A stretch of 64,000 bases of DNA, from the IMG/VR virus record IMGVR_UViG_3300036715_001140, positions 64,001-128,000 of that record. One strand, given 5' to 3'. Under the pieces are notes generated by a model. That model ran no database searches. It was not told where the DNA came from and saw nothing but the letters and a program-made list of their open reading frames with translations. Positions within the stretch are counted from its first letter, which is position 1. Each line of letters opens with the position of its first letter. The translations under genes were made by a program, and so were the position numbers. The DNA is from a virus. Shown piece by piece: positions 1 to 10,590 of this stretch.

Positions 1-494
1 TAAGATACTAAGGCATGTTGAGCCATTTCAGGGAAGGCTCTAACTACTTCTTGTAGTGTAGTATTCTTTATTTCTTCCATTTGAGGATCTTCTTTTACAA
101 AGGTAGAAACGTGAGTATTGAATACCTTTCGAGCTTCCTCTATTACTATCTGTACCATCATATCTCTAGTAGACGTAAAATTTTGTACCATATATTTTTG
201 GAACTCAGCGCTAAACATTATTTCTTCATCTGTGGCGATTCCTTTTTCAATCTTACTTTTTAAGGTCCAGTCGAGATTAAAACTCTTAAACTTTTCAGGT
301 ACACTCGGACTCCAATAATCATTACCGCAGGGTTTTGTCCAAGTCTTTTTAATATCCATAATTTCTTGCTGAATCCAATTAGCTTTTTCAAAATCAATAG
401 GATCAGCAAACCATTGTTTCATCATTGACATTGCAAGTTCTGATCTTTGTTCAGTAGTAAGATTTTTAAAAATATCTAGAACTGTATCGCCCAT
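1..494 (-). CDS. hypothetical protein, truncated by window start
   Basis: ATG at 494 with upstream GGAG; open frame MGDTVLDIFKNL... runs off the window edge; same strand as all neighbours. Confidence 0.7.
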   Translation of the reverse strand, partial: MGDTVLDIFKNLTTEQRSELAMSMMKQWFADPIDFEKANWIQQEIMDIKKTWTKPCGNDYWSPSVPEKFKSFNLDWTLKSKIEKGIATDEEIMFSAEFQKYMVQNFTSTRDMMVQIVIEEARKVFNTHVSTFVKEDPQMEEIKNTTLQEVVRAFPEMAQHALVS

Positions 495-771
495 TTGTGA
501 TGCGTCTATGTTTAGTGTTACTTGCATATTGTTTCTCCTTTATTGTGTTTTTAGCTTCTTCATAAGTCATTGTAAACTGATAGTATGGTTTAATACCTGC
601 GTCTAATTTACCAATAATAATATCTAAAATGTTTTTTATTTTAGCTTTTTCTTCTTCAATATAAAATATTTCTAGTTCTTCCCGTGTACAATTTTCAATA
701 ATAAAAGAATTAGTATTTGAACTAAATACAGCGTATTTACCATTAGGCTGTTTAATTATCTGTCTTGACAT
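466..771 (-). CDS. hypothetical phage protein
   Basis: ORF track; tightly packed with neighbours. Confidence 0.6.
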   Translation of the reverse strand: MSRQIIKQPNGKYAVFSSNTNSFIIENCTREELEIFYIEEEKAKIKNILDIIIGKLDAGIKPYYQFTMTYEEAKNTIKEKQYASNTKHRRITNGRYSSRYF

Positions 772-1261
772 TTTGAGTCCTTACAATCTCAAGATCAACA
801 TTAGTGCTTGAACAGGATAAGGTAACTACTCCAGAAGCACATTCAATACAGAATGATATAAGCACTTCCGTAATAGGCATAAAGGTAAGAATATCATAAT
901 GTTTATCCAGTTTTCTATTATGTATTGATATGCCATTAGCTATTAAATATTTATGATCTAAGGGTGTTGTAAGATAGTCACCATAAAAGCATTTATTGAA
1001 TGTAATCTCATATTTTTTATTTTTTGCTTCTACTATAATGGTATAATCTACTGAATCCTTTATTTCACTTAGCTTGAGCTTTGTCTTTTTAAGTTCAGAG
1101 ACAGTATCCATAAATTCTTTACATGACTTTATGGTATGTTCAATATTAAGCCATTGTAAATTATGAGCTTGCTTCTTTTGTTTAGATTCAAGCCTCTTTA
1201 CTTTGGCTTTAAAAGATTTAATAAGTTTATTAGACTCAGTAATTATTAGTTTAATTTTCAT
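752..1261 (-). CDS. hypothetical protein
   Basis: ORF track; ATGA overlap with upstream gene. Confidence 0.6.
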   Translation of the reverse strand: MKIKLIITESNKLIKSFKAKVKRLESKQKKQAHNLQWLNIEHTIKSCKEFMDTVSELKKTKLKLSEIKDSVDYTIIVEAKNKKYEITFNKCFYGDYLTTPLDHKYLIANGISIHNRKLDKHYDILTFMPITEVLISFCIECASGVVTLSCSSTNVDLEIVRTQNVKTDN

Positions 1262-1866
1262 CCTAGATCCTTATTTTCCTTTACTATAGAAAATTCTTTA
1301 CCACACTCAGGGCACGTAACTTGATAATATTTTATTAGTCCTTCTTCTCTACATATTCGCTTACCATCAGCTTGTTCCCATATTACTTCAATTCTTTCTT
1401 TAGGTTTCTTATTCATTTGACAAGCACAATATGGGCTTTTTTCTGTAGCTTTATATTTTCTTTTCTTTGTCTGTTGTGTACCAAATATACCACCAAGGTC
1501 TTTTTCAAGTAAGTATATTGCTCTAAATCTATCCATTTCTTTTATCAATGGAGCATCATTATCTTTTCCTTTGTTGCATGTTCTACAAGCGAGTACCATA
1601 TTTGATTCCAAATGGTTATTAAACATTTTTGGATAAAAATGATCCCTTGTCCAACCATCCAAATACTTTTTAGAGTAAGGTGCAGGAGACATAGGATTAA
1701 AACAATAAAAACAGCAGCCATTTTGACGTACATACAATTCCCTTTCTGACAAAACGATATTTTTACCATTCAAAATATCCTCATGTCTTTTGTGTTGTCT
1801 TTTTAGTGTTTTATTTTTTGTTTTAGACATAAGTATAGGGATTCCATTTTTAAGTTCTTTACACAT
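1258..1866 (-). CDS. HNH endonuclease
   Basis: CFYC...TRDHFYP...NMVLACRTCNKGK, McrA-like HNH signature; GGAGG RBS. Confidence 0.85.
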   Translation of the reverse strand: MCKELKNGIPILMSKTKNKTLKRQHKRHEDILNGKNIVLSERELYVRQNGCCFYCFNPMSPAPYSKKYLDGWTRDHFYPKMFNNHLESNMVLACRTCNKGKDNDAPLIKEMDRFRAIYLLEKDLGGIFGTQQTKKRKYKATEKSPYCACQMNKKPKERIEVIWEQADGKRICREEGLIKYYQVTCPECGKEFSIVKENKDLG

Positions 1867-1891
1867 AACTTATTTAATCCTCCTTAACAAG

Positions 1892-1928
1892 AAATAGGGT
1901 AGCCAGCACTTGGCTAACTACCCTTTTA
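1892..1928 (-). terminator. probable intrinsic terminator
   Basis: AGGGTAG/CTACCCT and TAGCCA/TGGCTA inverted repeat just after the stop of 1932..2486. Confidence 0.5.
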
Positions 1929-1931
1929 TGA

Positions 1932-2486
1932 TTATTCAAATCTAAGTTTATGCTGAATAGCACCATAACCAAGTTCATCTCGTAAGTGATCTGGATTATC
2001 AGGACTATACTTATCACGAATAAGCTTAACAGCTTTCATGGTCTTTAATACTTTCTCTGTAGACATACGTCCATCTGTCATCTCATCCTTAGTGAAGGTT
2101 AAATTACACAACAAGGCAATTTCAGTAAAGGACTCTGCTATATCTCCATATTTAGCTTGACGACTTTCAACAATATCATTAGCTTCAAGAAGAACTGATT
2201 TAATATTAGCTTTTGTTTCGTTACTAGATTTAGGCTGATACACAAAAAGTAAGATACTCTTAGTAGAAGCCTTAGGCATAGCAGAAAGTATAATGTGTTC
2301 TTTACCTATACAATTTTTTGGGACAATTTCTCCATCACATAATACCATATAATTCTCTAAAGGTTCAGCCAAACACGTATAAGGAATAATAACTTTTTCT
2401 TTTACTACTTTCAAGGATACTACACAAACCTCATAATTTACATCTACAATTTGTGCTCGCATGTTTAAGTCCTTTCTATATTTCAA
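1932..2486 (-). CDS. DUF6378-like phage protein (dNTP pyrophosphatase-like helical domain)
   Basis: C-terminal LLEANDIVESRQAKYGD...F..IA...DHLRDELGY pattern. Confidence 0.6.
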   Translation of the reverse strand: MKYRKDLNMRAQIVDVNYEVCVVSLKVVKEKVIIPYTCLAEPLENYMVLCDGEIVPKNCIGKEHIILSAMPKASTKSILLFVYQPKSSNETKANIKSVLLEANDIVESRQAKYGDIAESFTEIALLCNLTFTKDEMTDGRMSTEKVLKTMKAVKLIRDKYSPDNPDHLRDELGYGAIQHKLRFE

Positions 2487-2898
2487 AATATTCTGAAATC
2501 ATTGCTAAAGTAATGCTACCAAAAATTGCATCTTTTGCTCTTACTTGTGGTGGTAGCTTTGAATACTCTAGCAAGTAAGGATGTGTCTTTAAATCCTCAT
2601 CTTTAACTTCACCATAACTCCATCCTTCTGACATTCTTTGTTTCATCCATTGATTATGATTTTCTTCATCTGAAATATTTGGATTACTAAGTCTTGCTAT
2701 AACACCTTGTCTCATTGAATTTAATACTTCTGGATTGGCATTTTCATACTCAGGAAAAGAAAAGTCACCGATAACATAACTATACTGCTTATTAGCGTAA
2801 TAACAGACTTTTACTATCTGATCAATCAGACTATTTAAGAAATCAGAGTTTAAAGCTAAAGCTATTCCTTCTCTTTGTTGTTGTTGACTTTCACTCAT
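2476..2898 (-). CDS. RyR-domain protein
   Basis: EENHNQWMKQRMSEGWSYGEVKDEDLKTHPYLLEYSKLP matches the RyR repeat motif; start moved to ATG 2898 behind AGGAG. Confidence 0.8.
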   Translation of the reverse strand: MSESQQQQREGIALALNSDFLNSLIDQIVKVCYYANKQYSYVIGDFSFPEYENANPEVLNSMRQGVIARLSNPNISDEENHNQWMKQRMSEGWSYGEVKDEDLKTHPYLLEYSKLPPQVRAKDAIFGSITLAMISEYFEI

Positions 2899-2939
2899 GT
2901 AAGTTCTCCTTTTTTTAATTATAACCCAAGCATCCACTG

Positions 2940-3674
2940 TTATTTTTGAGCTAGTGATAAATAATTAGTTATAACTTTAACAACATCTAAGTATACTTCC
3001 CGTAGCGGTTTGTTAGCATCTATGTGGACTAAATTCTTTACATAAAAATTGGGTCGTAATTGTGAATATTCTTTATTCACAGTTTTATGAAATTCTAGGG
3101 TTTCATTATCTAGTCGTACTTGCTGATTATTTTGGTCTACATTTCTCTTAGTAGAACGACTTAAACCTGTTTCCGTGTCTACATCAAATACTAATACTAA
3201 ACCTGGATGATATGCTACTTTATCCACCGAAATAGCTTTAGTATTTAGATCATCAAAATCACGCTCATTGACACATTTACGGGTACGGCATTGATAGATA
3301 TAGGTACTATGATAATACCTATCACATAGTACAAGTTTATTATCCTTCAAAGCAGGTATAACTGTATCTACTAAATGTTGCTGACGTGCTGCACAAAACA
3401 AAAAGAACTCAGTTACTCCATTCATTGTAATATTATCACGATGAAGAATAACATTCCTAATCTGTTCTGCTATTTGACAACCACCAGGTTCACGAGTCAG
3501 TATAGCACCTTTAGCATCTGTAAGGTATGCTTTTAAAAATTCATTTTCTTCCTTGCATGTTTCCCTATTATAGATATCTCTACACTCAATCTCTCTTATA
3601 AGTGCATCTACTTTTTTAATAATAGTAGTCTTACCACTCCCTTCTCCACCTTCAAATGTAATAAAGTTTTTCAT
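2940..3674 (-). CDS. tmk: thymidylate kinase
   Basis: FITFEGGEGSGKTT P-loop, TREPGG, LCDRY motifs. Confidence 0.95.
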   Translation of the reverse strand: MKNFITFEGGEGSGKTTIIKKVDALIREIECRDIYNRETCKEENEFLKAYLTDAKGAILTREPGGCQIAEQIRNVILHRDNITMNGVTEFFLFCAARQQHLVDTVIPALKDNKLVLCDRYYHSTYIYQCRTRKCVNERDFDDLNTKAISVDKVAYHPGLVLVFDVDTETGLSRSTKRNVDQNNQQVRLDNETLEFHKTVNKEYSQLRPNFYVKNLVHIDANKPLREVYLDVVKVITNYLSLAQK

Positions 3675-3772
3675 TACAATCTATCCTCCACAAGTTTTCT
3701 TCCAACATTATTAATTTCACAGGCTTTTACACTTGTTATGTCTAATTACTTGGCGTTCATAAATTTCTCCTT

Positions 3773-4189
3773 TTAGTAATGAGGCTTTACTGCATCTAGT
3801 AATCTCTTAACAACATCTTGCGAGGTATGTCCATCCCATTCAGGAGCATTTTCTAGTTCTTTAATACCTGCAACTTTTAGATACTCGATATACATATTTT
3901 TAAAATGGTATGTAATCATTCCAGTAGGTAATTGAATACCTGCAATAACATAACCTTCAAACATTGTTCCATCATAATGTAAACGACTCCACCAGCTAAT
4001 TTTAGTATTACAACTCATTAATGCTATAAAGAGTGCAATACGGTGTTTGTACAATTCATCAATGGTATGGTATCCATCACTAATTTGCTGAATATCATGG
4101 ATAAGAAGTTCACCACAATTCTGACAATATACTTGATCTTGATAAATATCTACTTTAAACACTTGCTTTTTCTCCACTAGCTTGTTCAT
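3773..4189 (-). CDS. WDGH-domain phage protein
   Basis: SDGYHTIDELYKHR...ITYH...APEWDGHT. Confidence 0.75.
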   Translation of the reverse strand: MNKLVEKKQVFKVDIYQDQVYCQNCGELLIHDIQQISDGYHTIDELYKHRIALFIALMSCNTKISWWSRLHYDGTMFEGYVIAGIQLPTGMITYHFKNMYIEYLKVAGIKELENAPEWDGHTSQDVVKRLLDAVKPHY

Positions 4190-4550
4190 CTTTTTCTAAT
4201 ATTAGTTTATATCCCTGAGATTGTGCCCATAAACTGAATCCAGTAAAAATAACACTTCTAATAAAGTCCTTATTATCCTGTAGATTAAAAGGAGGACTAT
4301 CATAGACTAAACTATCTACATTCCCATCATGGTCTTGAAAAGTTATACTAAATTTACAAGAAGTCAAATCCTGTCGTTTATGGTATTCTTTAGTAATAAG
4401 AAACAAATTTTTCTTATTGCGCTTATTTAATAAACGATATAGTTTCCTGCACGTATTAATTAAGCTCATAATTATTAGTTCTATAGTTCTACTTTTATTT
4501 ATATTTGGTAAGTCTTCTTCTATCTGATCTAGTTCTTTAACTTTATACAT
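4155..4550 (-). CDS. hypothetical protein
   Basis: ORF track; operon packing. Confidence 0.55.
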   Translation of the reverse strand: MYKVKELDQIEEDLPNINKSRTIELIIMSLINTCRKLYRLLNKRNKKNLFLITKEYHKRQDLTSCKFSITFQDHDGNVDSLVYDSPPFNLQDNKDFIRSVIFTGFSLWAQSQGYKLILEKDEQASGEKASV

Positions 4551-4792
4551 TAAGGTTTACCCTTCCTTGAAAAGTGTTCACATCCTATACTATGCTCTCC
4601 TGTAAGCATACACTCGCCTTTGTTATCTTTATCTGCTATACAAACATAAATCCCAGTATGTTTACTAATACTTTGTTTATTAAACCACGGATGTCCCATT
4701 AATCTTTTTCTATTGATGCATACACAACAACATTGGTGTGCTTTAGATTCAAGATAACATTTATTATGTGGTAGATACTCTAACCTAAGCAT
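4550..4792 (-). CDS. Cys-rich hypothetical protein
   Basis: ORF track; RBS present. Confidence 0.55.
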   Translation of the reverse strand: MLRLEYLPHNKCYLESKAHQCCCVCINRKRLMGHPWFNKQSISKHTGIYVCIADKDNKGECMLTGEHSIGCEHFSRKGKP

Positions 4793-4801
4793 ACATACTC
4801 C

Positions 4802-5797
4802 CTATTTATATTTTCCTGATTTAACTGCAAGATAAGTATCTTCAACAAAGCCATTCCATATATCTTTATTTGGCTCTTCTGGAAGTCCACTATTATCTTT
4901 TAATTCTAGTACTTCTTGAATCAACTCTTCTAGTTTTGTTTCAAGTTCAGAATAATCTAATATACCTAATTTAATTTGAATTAGCTCTTGTGCTTCTTTT
5001 AATGGAAATGTAATAGTGCCTTTAGTAAATAGCTCTCGTACTTGGTAGGCTGCTCTAAAGGCATGACTGATTGCTTTCCAATCAATATTAGCGTTATCCT
5101 TTGCCTGTCTGGCTCTTACTCCATATTCTGAATCATATTTAACCAGTGGTGCTAGTATAAAATTAAGCGGCGTAGTAACAGTAAATGTTTTTTCACATAT
5201 TTTTACACTTGGAATTATTTGTAGATCAGGATGTGCAGTGCTAGAGTCTGGTGCTTCCAACCATTTAATATAATCTCCTTTAGGAAAGGTATCTAAATCA
5301 GCATCCCTTAATTTAGTACGTGGACCATATTTTGATATTTGCTGCTCCATCCACTGTATTACTTCTTGAACATTAGCTAGTCTACTTCCTTTTAGGCCAT
5401 ACTTTGCTGCTTGCCTACGAGCATACCCAATAAAGGAATGAAGATTTTTAGAATAAAAGGATGAACGATTGCTATAGATATAATACCAAAGTAGATGATG
5501 TAACATCCAAAATTCTTTTGGTGCATGTAGCATGTCTAAGGCTACCGTTTGACCTTCTAACGCAAGTTCAATAAAGTATTTTAAACTATAGATTTCAGTA
5601 TCAACATCTTCACTAGTATTTTTATTATTATTTTTACCAGTTGAATGTCGATAGATTATCTTCATCTTTTTTCCTGTTTTTTCCTCATGTAATATCTGGT
5701 CAATAGTGGGAAGTCCAATACCTTTAAGATCAAGATCACTTTTATCTGTATTAGTACCGTATAAATGTGATCCAAATATTGTTTTAAAGATTTCCAT
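4802..5797 (-). CDS. nucleotidyltransferase, Pol-beta superfamily (T4 NrdC.11-like)
   Basis: FGSHLYGTNTDKSDLDLKGI; GYARRQAAKYG; DWKAISHAFR. Confidence 0.85.
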   Translation of the reverse strand: MEIFKTIFGSHLYGTNTDKSDLDLKGIGLPTIDQILHEEKTGKKMKIIYRHSTGKNNNKNTSEDVDTEIYSLKYFIELALEGQTVALDMLHAPKEFWMLHHLLWYYIYSNRSSFYSKNLHSFIGYARRQAAKYGLKGSRLANVQEVIQWMEQQISKYGPRTKLRDADLDTFPKGDYIKWLEAPDSSTAHPDLQIIPSVKICEKTFTVTTPLNFILAPLVKYDSEYGVRARQAKDNANIDWKAISHAFRAAYQVRELFTKGTITFPLKEAQELIQIKLGILDYSELETKLEELIQEVLELKDNSGLPEEPNKDIWNGFVEDTYLAVKSGKYK

Positions 5798-6317
5798 ATT
5801 CGCTATATATCCCTTCTTGCTTACGACTAATCATTTCCATTAGATCATCAAAAAGAATCGGCATGTACTCATGAAACTCACAGTTGATATTAAAGTAATT
5901 AACATCATGGATAAACAGCAAAGGTTCATTCCTATGGATATGACCATGTATATTTACATGATCTAAGTATCTATGTTTTAGTTGAGAAGGATGTATAGGT
6001 ATATGAGTAAGAACCAACTTGTTAGCATAAGTAAGAAGACTGGAAATTTTATTAAAAAAGTTTTGATACCTGGATACAGAAGTATGTTCATGATTACCTA
6101 AAACTAAATGTTTTATACCATTTAATTCAGACAAAATATTAAGATTATTTGTTTGAAAACAAACGTCTCCAGTAATTATTACTTTATCTTTATCTCGTAC
6201 TCTTGAGTTCCAGTTATCTATAATAAATTCATCATGCTCATCTAAAGATGAAAATCCTCTCCACTCTGCACAATTTTTGTGTTGTAAATGAAGATCAGAA
6301 ATAAAAAATGTACGCAT
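5784..6317 (-). CDS. calcineurin-like metallophosphoesterase
   Basis: SDLH, GD, GNH, THIP, HGHIH motifs. Confidence 0.9.
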   Translation of the reverse strand: MRTFFISDLHLQHKNCAEWRGFSSLDEHDEFIIDNWNSRVRDKDKVIITGDVCFQTNNLNILSELNGIKHLVLGNHEHTSVSRYQNFFNKISSLLTYANKLVLTHIPIHPSQLKHRYLDHVNIHGHIHRNEPLLFIHDVNYFNINCEFHEYMPILFDDLMEMISRKQEGIYSEYGNL

Positions 6318-6334
6318 ATATTCCTCTTGAAATT

Positions 6335-6360
6335 AAGAGAGGTGTATATACACCTCTCTT
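6335..6360 (-). terminator. palindromic hairpin after nrdJ (probable terminator)
   Basis: perfect 26-bp palindrome AAGAGAGGTGTATATACACCTCTCTT. Confidence 0.55.
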
Positions 6361-6371
6361 CTTAATTACTA

Positions 6372-9300
6372 TCAGGCACATTCAGAATATCCACATACGT
6401 GGCATATATTACATCCACCTTCATGCTCTACAATTCCACCGCACTCAGGACAGGCACCACGTTCAATAGTAGCTTTGTGAACTTTGTCAATATGTCCTAC
6501 CTCAAGTAGATGCAGTTGAATAGCCTTAGCAACTGCATCGGAACAGGATAGAATACGATTATCGCCAAATCCACTAGGGATGTGACAAGATATACCAAGT
6601 AATTGTTTAACTACTTGTTTGGCTTGCACACCTGTTCGCCAGTTAAGACTAATCATGCGTCCCAAGGCTTCAGCTTGAGAAGCTGCACATCCTCCAGCCT
6701 TACCCATAGTAGTAAACAGTTCAAAAAGCCCATCTTTATCTTCATTTATTGTAACATAAAGTGGACCGCAGCCTGTTTGCATTTGGTAAGTAGCACCTTT
6801 TAGAGCTTTAGGCCGTTCTTTTACTCCGCTATCTACTTTTTCTTCTGGTGTATTTTCTACTTTAGTTATAGTAGATAATACTTGTTCATCTCTTGATCCA
6901 TCACGATAAATCGTAACTCCTTTACAGCCTGTTTTATACGCCAGCATGTATACTTCTTCTACATCTTTAATAGTGGCACTATTACAGAAGTTTACTGTTT
7001 TAGAAACAGCATTATCAGTGTACATCTGAAAAGCTGCTTGCATACGCACATGATACTCAGGGCTAATATCATGAGATGTTACAAATACTTTACGAACATC
7101 TTCTGGAATTTCAAGAATGTTCTGAATAGTACCATGTTCTGCAATTTTTTCCATTAGCTGTGGTGAATAGAATCCACGTGACTTAGCTATATATTCAAAC
7201 ATAGGATTTACTTCAATTAGACGGGTTCCATCCATTACTGTTTTTACATAAGATACTGCAAATAATGGCTCAATACCTGATGATGCATTTGCTATCATGG
7301 ATATTGTTCCAGTGGGAGCAATAGTTGTAACAGTAGCATTTCTCATGTTCTTGTCAAAGATAGAACCTTTAATGTTAGGGAATGATCCACGTATTTTTGC
7401 TAGTTCTAATGATTTTAAAATAGCGTGATCTTGAATAAACCGCATCACATCTTTTGCGAGATTTATAGCTTCTTCAGAGTTGTATGGGATACCTAACAAG
7501 ATAAGCATGTCTGCCCATCCCATTACACCTAAGCCAATTTTTCTATTTGCTTTAGTCATTTCATCAATTTGCTTTAAAGGATACTTATTTACTTCAATAA
7601 CGTTATCTAAAAATTCTACAGATAAATTTACTATTTCTTTTAATCCTTCATAATCAATAGTAGAATTTACTACAAATTTGGATAGATTAATAGAACCTAA
7701 GTTACAACTTTCATAAGGTAGCAACGGCTGCTCACCGCACTGTCCAGTCATAATGCCATTAAAGATACCTGTATGCTTTTTAGGCTCAGTAAAGCAATAA
7801 ACTGTATTTTCTTTTTTATTTCTTTTTATAATGCTTGTAATAGTTATAAACCTAGAGGCATCCCTATTAGGCTCTTTATCTTCAATTTTGACCCGATTAA
7901 GCTTGAGTCCCAAATCTAACAATTTAAAAGTATTAAACTTGTTAATAGCAAGTCTATAACAATCTTGTACGTTATATTTTTTAGGCTCTCCATTAGTATC
8001 TGGTAGATAAGAAATACCTGCTTCTTTTCCAAGACTTAGCGTTGAGAAACAACCTAAAGTAGAAAGCATCAACTTTACGTCAGACAAAAATGCCCTATCT
8101 ACTGACCAAATAGTAAGCCCATTCTCATTCTGATAGGAGCCATCACTATCAACTAACCCAGCAAACCAACTAAGACGAGTATCAACTGTATATTTACTTG
8201 ATGGAACCCAACATTTATCTCGTACAGAGAATGCCGTTTCTACCATAAGTCTATTCTGGCGGTCATTACTACAGTCGATACATTTTTTTATTAGAAGCTT
8301 GTCTTTAAGTTTAATCTTGTCTTCATATAACCAAATATCATTATGACCTTTACTTCCATCTCCACTATAAAAACCTTGAGTATAGGCTTTCTTAGATTTT
8401 ATTTGCTTAATACCCTTAATGATGGGAAAACTCCACTTTTGAAGTTTTGCACCTTCTTCTAATTCTTGAGCTTCACGTTTAGACCCATCAGCTAATACAA
8501 ATTTATGCTTTGGGGTACAAGATAAACAGGAGCCATCTGAAAATTGAATTTTAAGAATATTTTGGTTATATCCTGTAATCTCAGGTATAGTCGTAGACCA
8601 TTCTTCTCCATTCCAGATCTTTGTTTTCTTGCCTACTCTGGAAGCAATTTTCTTATAGCCCTTCTTGGTAAGAATAAGAGTGTCACCTGTAACACATGGA
8701 TTTGTAGACTCAATCTCACCAATATGTGGAGTAGGATTATCTTTATTTATTCTATCTAAAAATACTATTCCAGGTTCACCGTTTCTCCATGCTTGTTTCA
8801 CAATAAGGTCAAATACTTCTTTTGCATTGAGTACTCCTACTTCTTTTTTATCTCTCGGATTATATAGTTTATACGTTTTATTAGTCTCTACAGCTTCCAT
8901 AAATTTTTCTGTTATCCCAATAGAGATATTAAAGTTATTTAAAACCTTCATATCATCTTTACATTTAATGAAACTCATAATATCGGGATGATCTACTCTA
9001 AGTATACCCATATTAGCACCACGTCTTGTGCCACCCTGTTTGATACATTCAGTAGCCTTATCAAAAACACTCATAAAAGATATAGGCCCACTCGACACAC
9101 CACTTGTAGTTTTTACTAAGTCATTAGCTGGGCGTAGACGAGAAAATGAAAATCCTGTCCCTCCTCCACTCTTATGGATCATAGCCGTATGTTTAATAGT
9201 TTCAAATATCTCTTCAATAGAATCACCTACAGGTAGAACAAAGCAAGCGCTTAACTGGCCCAATTCACGCCCTGCATTCATTAATGTCGGGCTATTAGGC

Positions 9301-9500
9301 AAAAATTTTAAAGAAGTCATCATATTATAAAATGCATTTGTTTTCGCCGTAATTTCTTTTTTAGGACTAACACTAGCAATTGTTGAAGCTACTCTACTAA
9401 ACATATCTTCAGGTTTTTCAATTACTTTACCTGTCGCATCTTTAATAAGATAGCGTTTCTCAAGTACAGTCCTAGCATTTTGTGTAAGTTCCAGTTTCAT
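6372..9500 (-). CDS. nrdJ: class II (adenosylcobalamin-dependent) ribonucleotide reductase containing an intein
   Basis: [28 protein letters not shown]-[intein]-[16 protein letters not shown]-terminal TSCPD and zinc-ribbon domains; no NrdB subunit nearby. Confidence 0.95.
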   Translation of the reverse strand: MKLELTQNARTVLEKRYLIKDATGKVIEKPEDMFSRVASTIASVSPKKEITAKTNAFYNMMTSLKFLPNSPTLMNAGRELGQLSACFVLPVGDSIEEIFETIKHTAMIHKSGGGTGFSFSRLRPANDLVKTTSGVSSGPISFMSVFDKATECIKQGGTRRGANMGILRVDHPDIMSFIKCKDDMKVLNNFNISIGITEKFMEAVETNKTYKLYNPRDKKEVGVLNAKEVFDLIVKQAWRNGEPGIVFLDRINKDNPTPHIGEIESTNPCVTGDTLILTKKGYKKIASRVGKKTKIWNGEEWSTTIPEITGYNQNILKIQFSDGSCLSCTPKHKFVLADGSKREAQELEEGAKLQKWSFPIIKGIKQIKSKKAYTQGFYSGDGSKGHNDIWLYEDKIKLKDKLLIKKCIDCSNDRQNRLMVETAFSVRDKCWVPSSKYTVDTRLSWFAGLVDSDGSYQNENGLTIWSVDRAFLSDVKLMLSTLGCFSTLSLGKEAGISYLPDTNGEPKKYNVQDCYRLAINKFNTFKLLDLGLKLNRVKIEDKEPNRDASRFITITSIIKRNKKENTVYCFTEPKKHTGIFNGIMTGQCGEQPLLPYESCNLGSINLSKFVVNSTIDYEGLKEIVNLSVEFLDNVIEVNKYPLKQIDEMTKANRKIGLGVMGWADMLILLGIPYNSEEAINLAKDVMRFIQDHAILKSLELAKIRGSFPNIKGSIFDKNMRNATVTTIAPTGTISMIANASSGIEPLFAVSYVKTVMDGTRLIEVNPMFEYIAKSRGFYSPQLMEKIAEHGTIQNILEIPEDVRKVFVTSHDISPEYHVRMQAAFQMYTDNAVSKTVNFCNSATIKDVEEVYMLAYKTGCKGVTIYRDGSRDEQVLSTITKVENTPEEKVDSGVKERPKALKGATYQMQTGCGPLYVTINEDKDGLFELFTTMGKAGGCAASQAEALGRMISLNWRTGVQAKQVVKQLLGISCHIPSGFGDNRILSCSDAVAKAIQLHLLEVGHIDKVHKATIERGACPECGGIVEHEGGCNICHVCGYSECA
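7740..8696 (-). mobile_element. intein (319 aa) with LAGLIDADG-type endonuclease region, inserted in the NrdJ active-site NPCGE motif
   Basis: starts CVTGDT, block [16 protein letters not shown] and AGLVDSDGS motifs, ends [21 protein letters not shown] followed by C+1; removal restores TNPCGEQP. Confidence 0.92.
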
Positions 9501-9535
9501 TTACATCTCCCTTTGGTAGTAGTGTTAGAAGCTTT

Positions 9536-9772
9536 TTACTTCAAGTAAGTTTTTACATGTTCTTTTTGTTTTCCAACATTTTTAATATCTCTATGAGTTA
9601 ATCCTGCTTTAGCTAAAGCAAAACGTATATCAGTTCCACAGTCAATAAGTAAATTAAACTCAGGACGTACTTCATCCAGAAGAAGCATATTAGTCTGGTA
9701 GCCTTTCATGGTAAAAGCACTACCCGTTCCTAAAAACTTAATATACTTTGTATTAAAGTTATCTGCTTTCAT
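9536..9772 (-). pseudogene. truncated MBL-fold (RNase Z-like) hydrolase
   Basis: IKFLGTGSAF...LLIDCG N-terminus; frame diverges and stops just before the HxHxDH motif. Confidence 0.65.
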
Positions 9773-10207
9773 TTTAACTCTTTCTTTATCTATGAAGTGG
9801 AGTACTTAACCAAACATTTGATTTAACCTCAACTCTAGGTTACTCTAAGCTTTTCTCTTGTTCAGTAGAATAACCTGGAGTCAATAATCGAATGTAGTTT
9901 ACCTCCATGTAGTACTACTATATTGCCAATTTCATACTGAAAATATCTTTTAGTTTTTGTAGATCATCTTCTGTAGGTTCTCCTACTACTGATAGATATA
10001 TTGTATTCTTTTTTAGTGGTTCTGGTGTTACTTTGGATTCTGTAGCACAGGTGGGTTGAATAAAATTTTGAGAGGGTACTGATATTTCCATTAGCTTCTC
10101 CTTTAAAAAGAATATTAGATAAAAAGAATATTAGGAAGCTGTTTAAAAATATCAATAATATATTGGCAGGATATTTATAAACAAACTTCAATACTTCCGA
10201 TATTACT

Positions 10208-10221
10208 TATTTACAGTTTTA
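10208..10221 (-). promoter_or_regulatory. putative phage promoter motif TAAAACTGTAAATA
   Basis: one copy of a recurrent motif upstream of genes. Confidence 0.5.
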
Positions 10222-10590
10222 ACTTCTTATTACTTTTGGTAGTTCACTCATTGATCTTTGCATTTGATTAATATCATTAGTCAGTGTCCTAACTTCTGAT
10301 AACACCAATTTTAGACTTTTATTAAAAAAAGTAGTCATTTTCTCAACATTATTATTTATTTCTGATAACTTTGAGATAAGTTCGTCTGGATGTGATTCTT
10401 GTACATCCTTTATTAAATCTTTTAATTTAGTTACTTCTAAATCTACTTGATCCTGCTTTTCTTCTATATCATTTTTATATTGATCTAGTAACCACTCTAT
10501 AAATTCATCTTTATCTTTTATCAAACCTAATTTCCAATAGCTATATATGGTTTCAAAAGTATAGTCTTCTGTATTTAAAAGTACACTCAT
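10219..10590 (-). CDS. coiled-coil hypothetical protein
   Basis: ORF track; AGGAG RBS. Confidence 0.6.
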   Translation of the reverse strand: MSVLLNTEDYTFETIYSYWKLGLIKDKDEFIEWLLDQYKNDIEEKQDQVDLEVTKLKDLIKDVQESHPDELISKLSEINNNVEKMTTFFNKSLKLVLSEVRTLTNDINQMQRSMSELPKVIRS

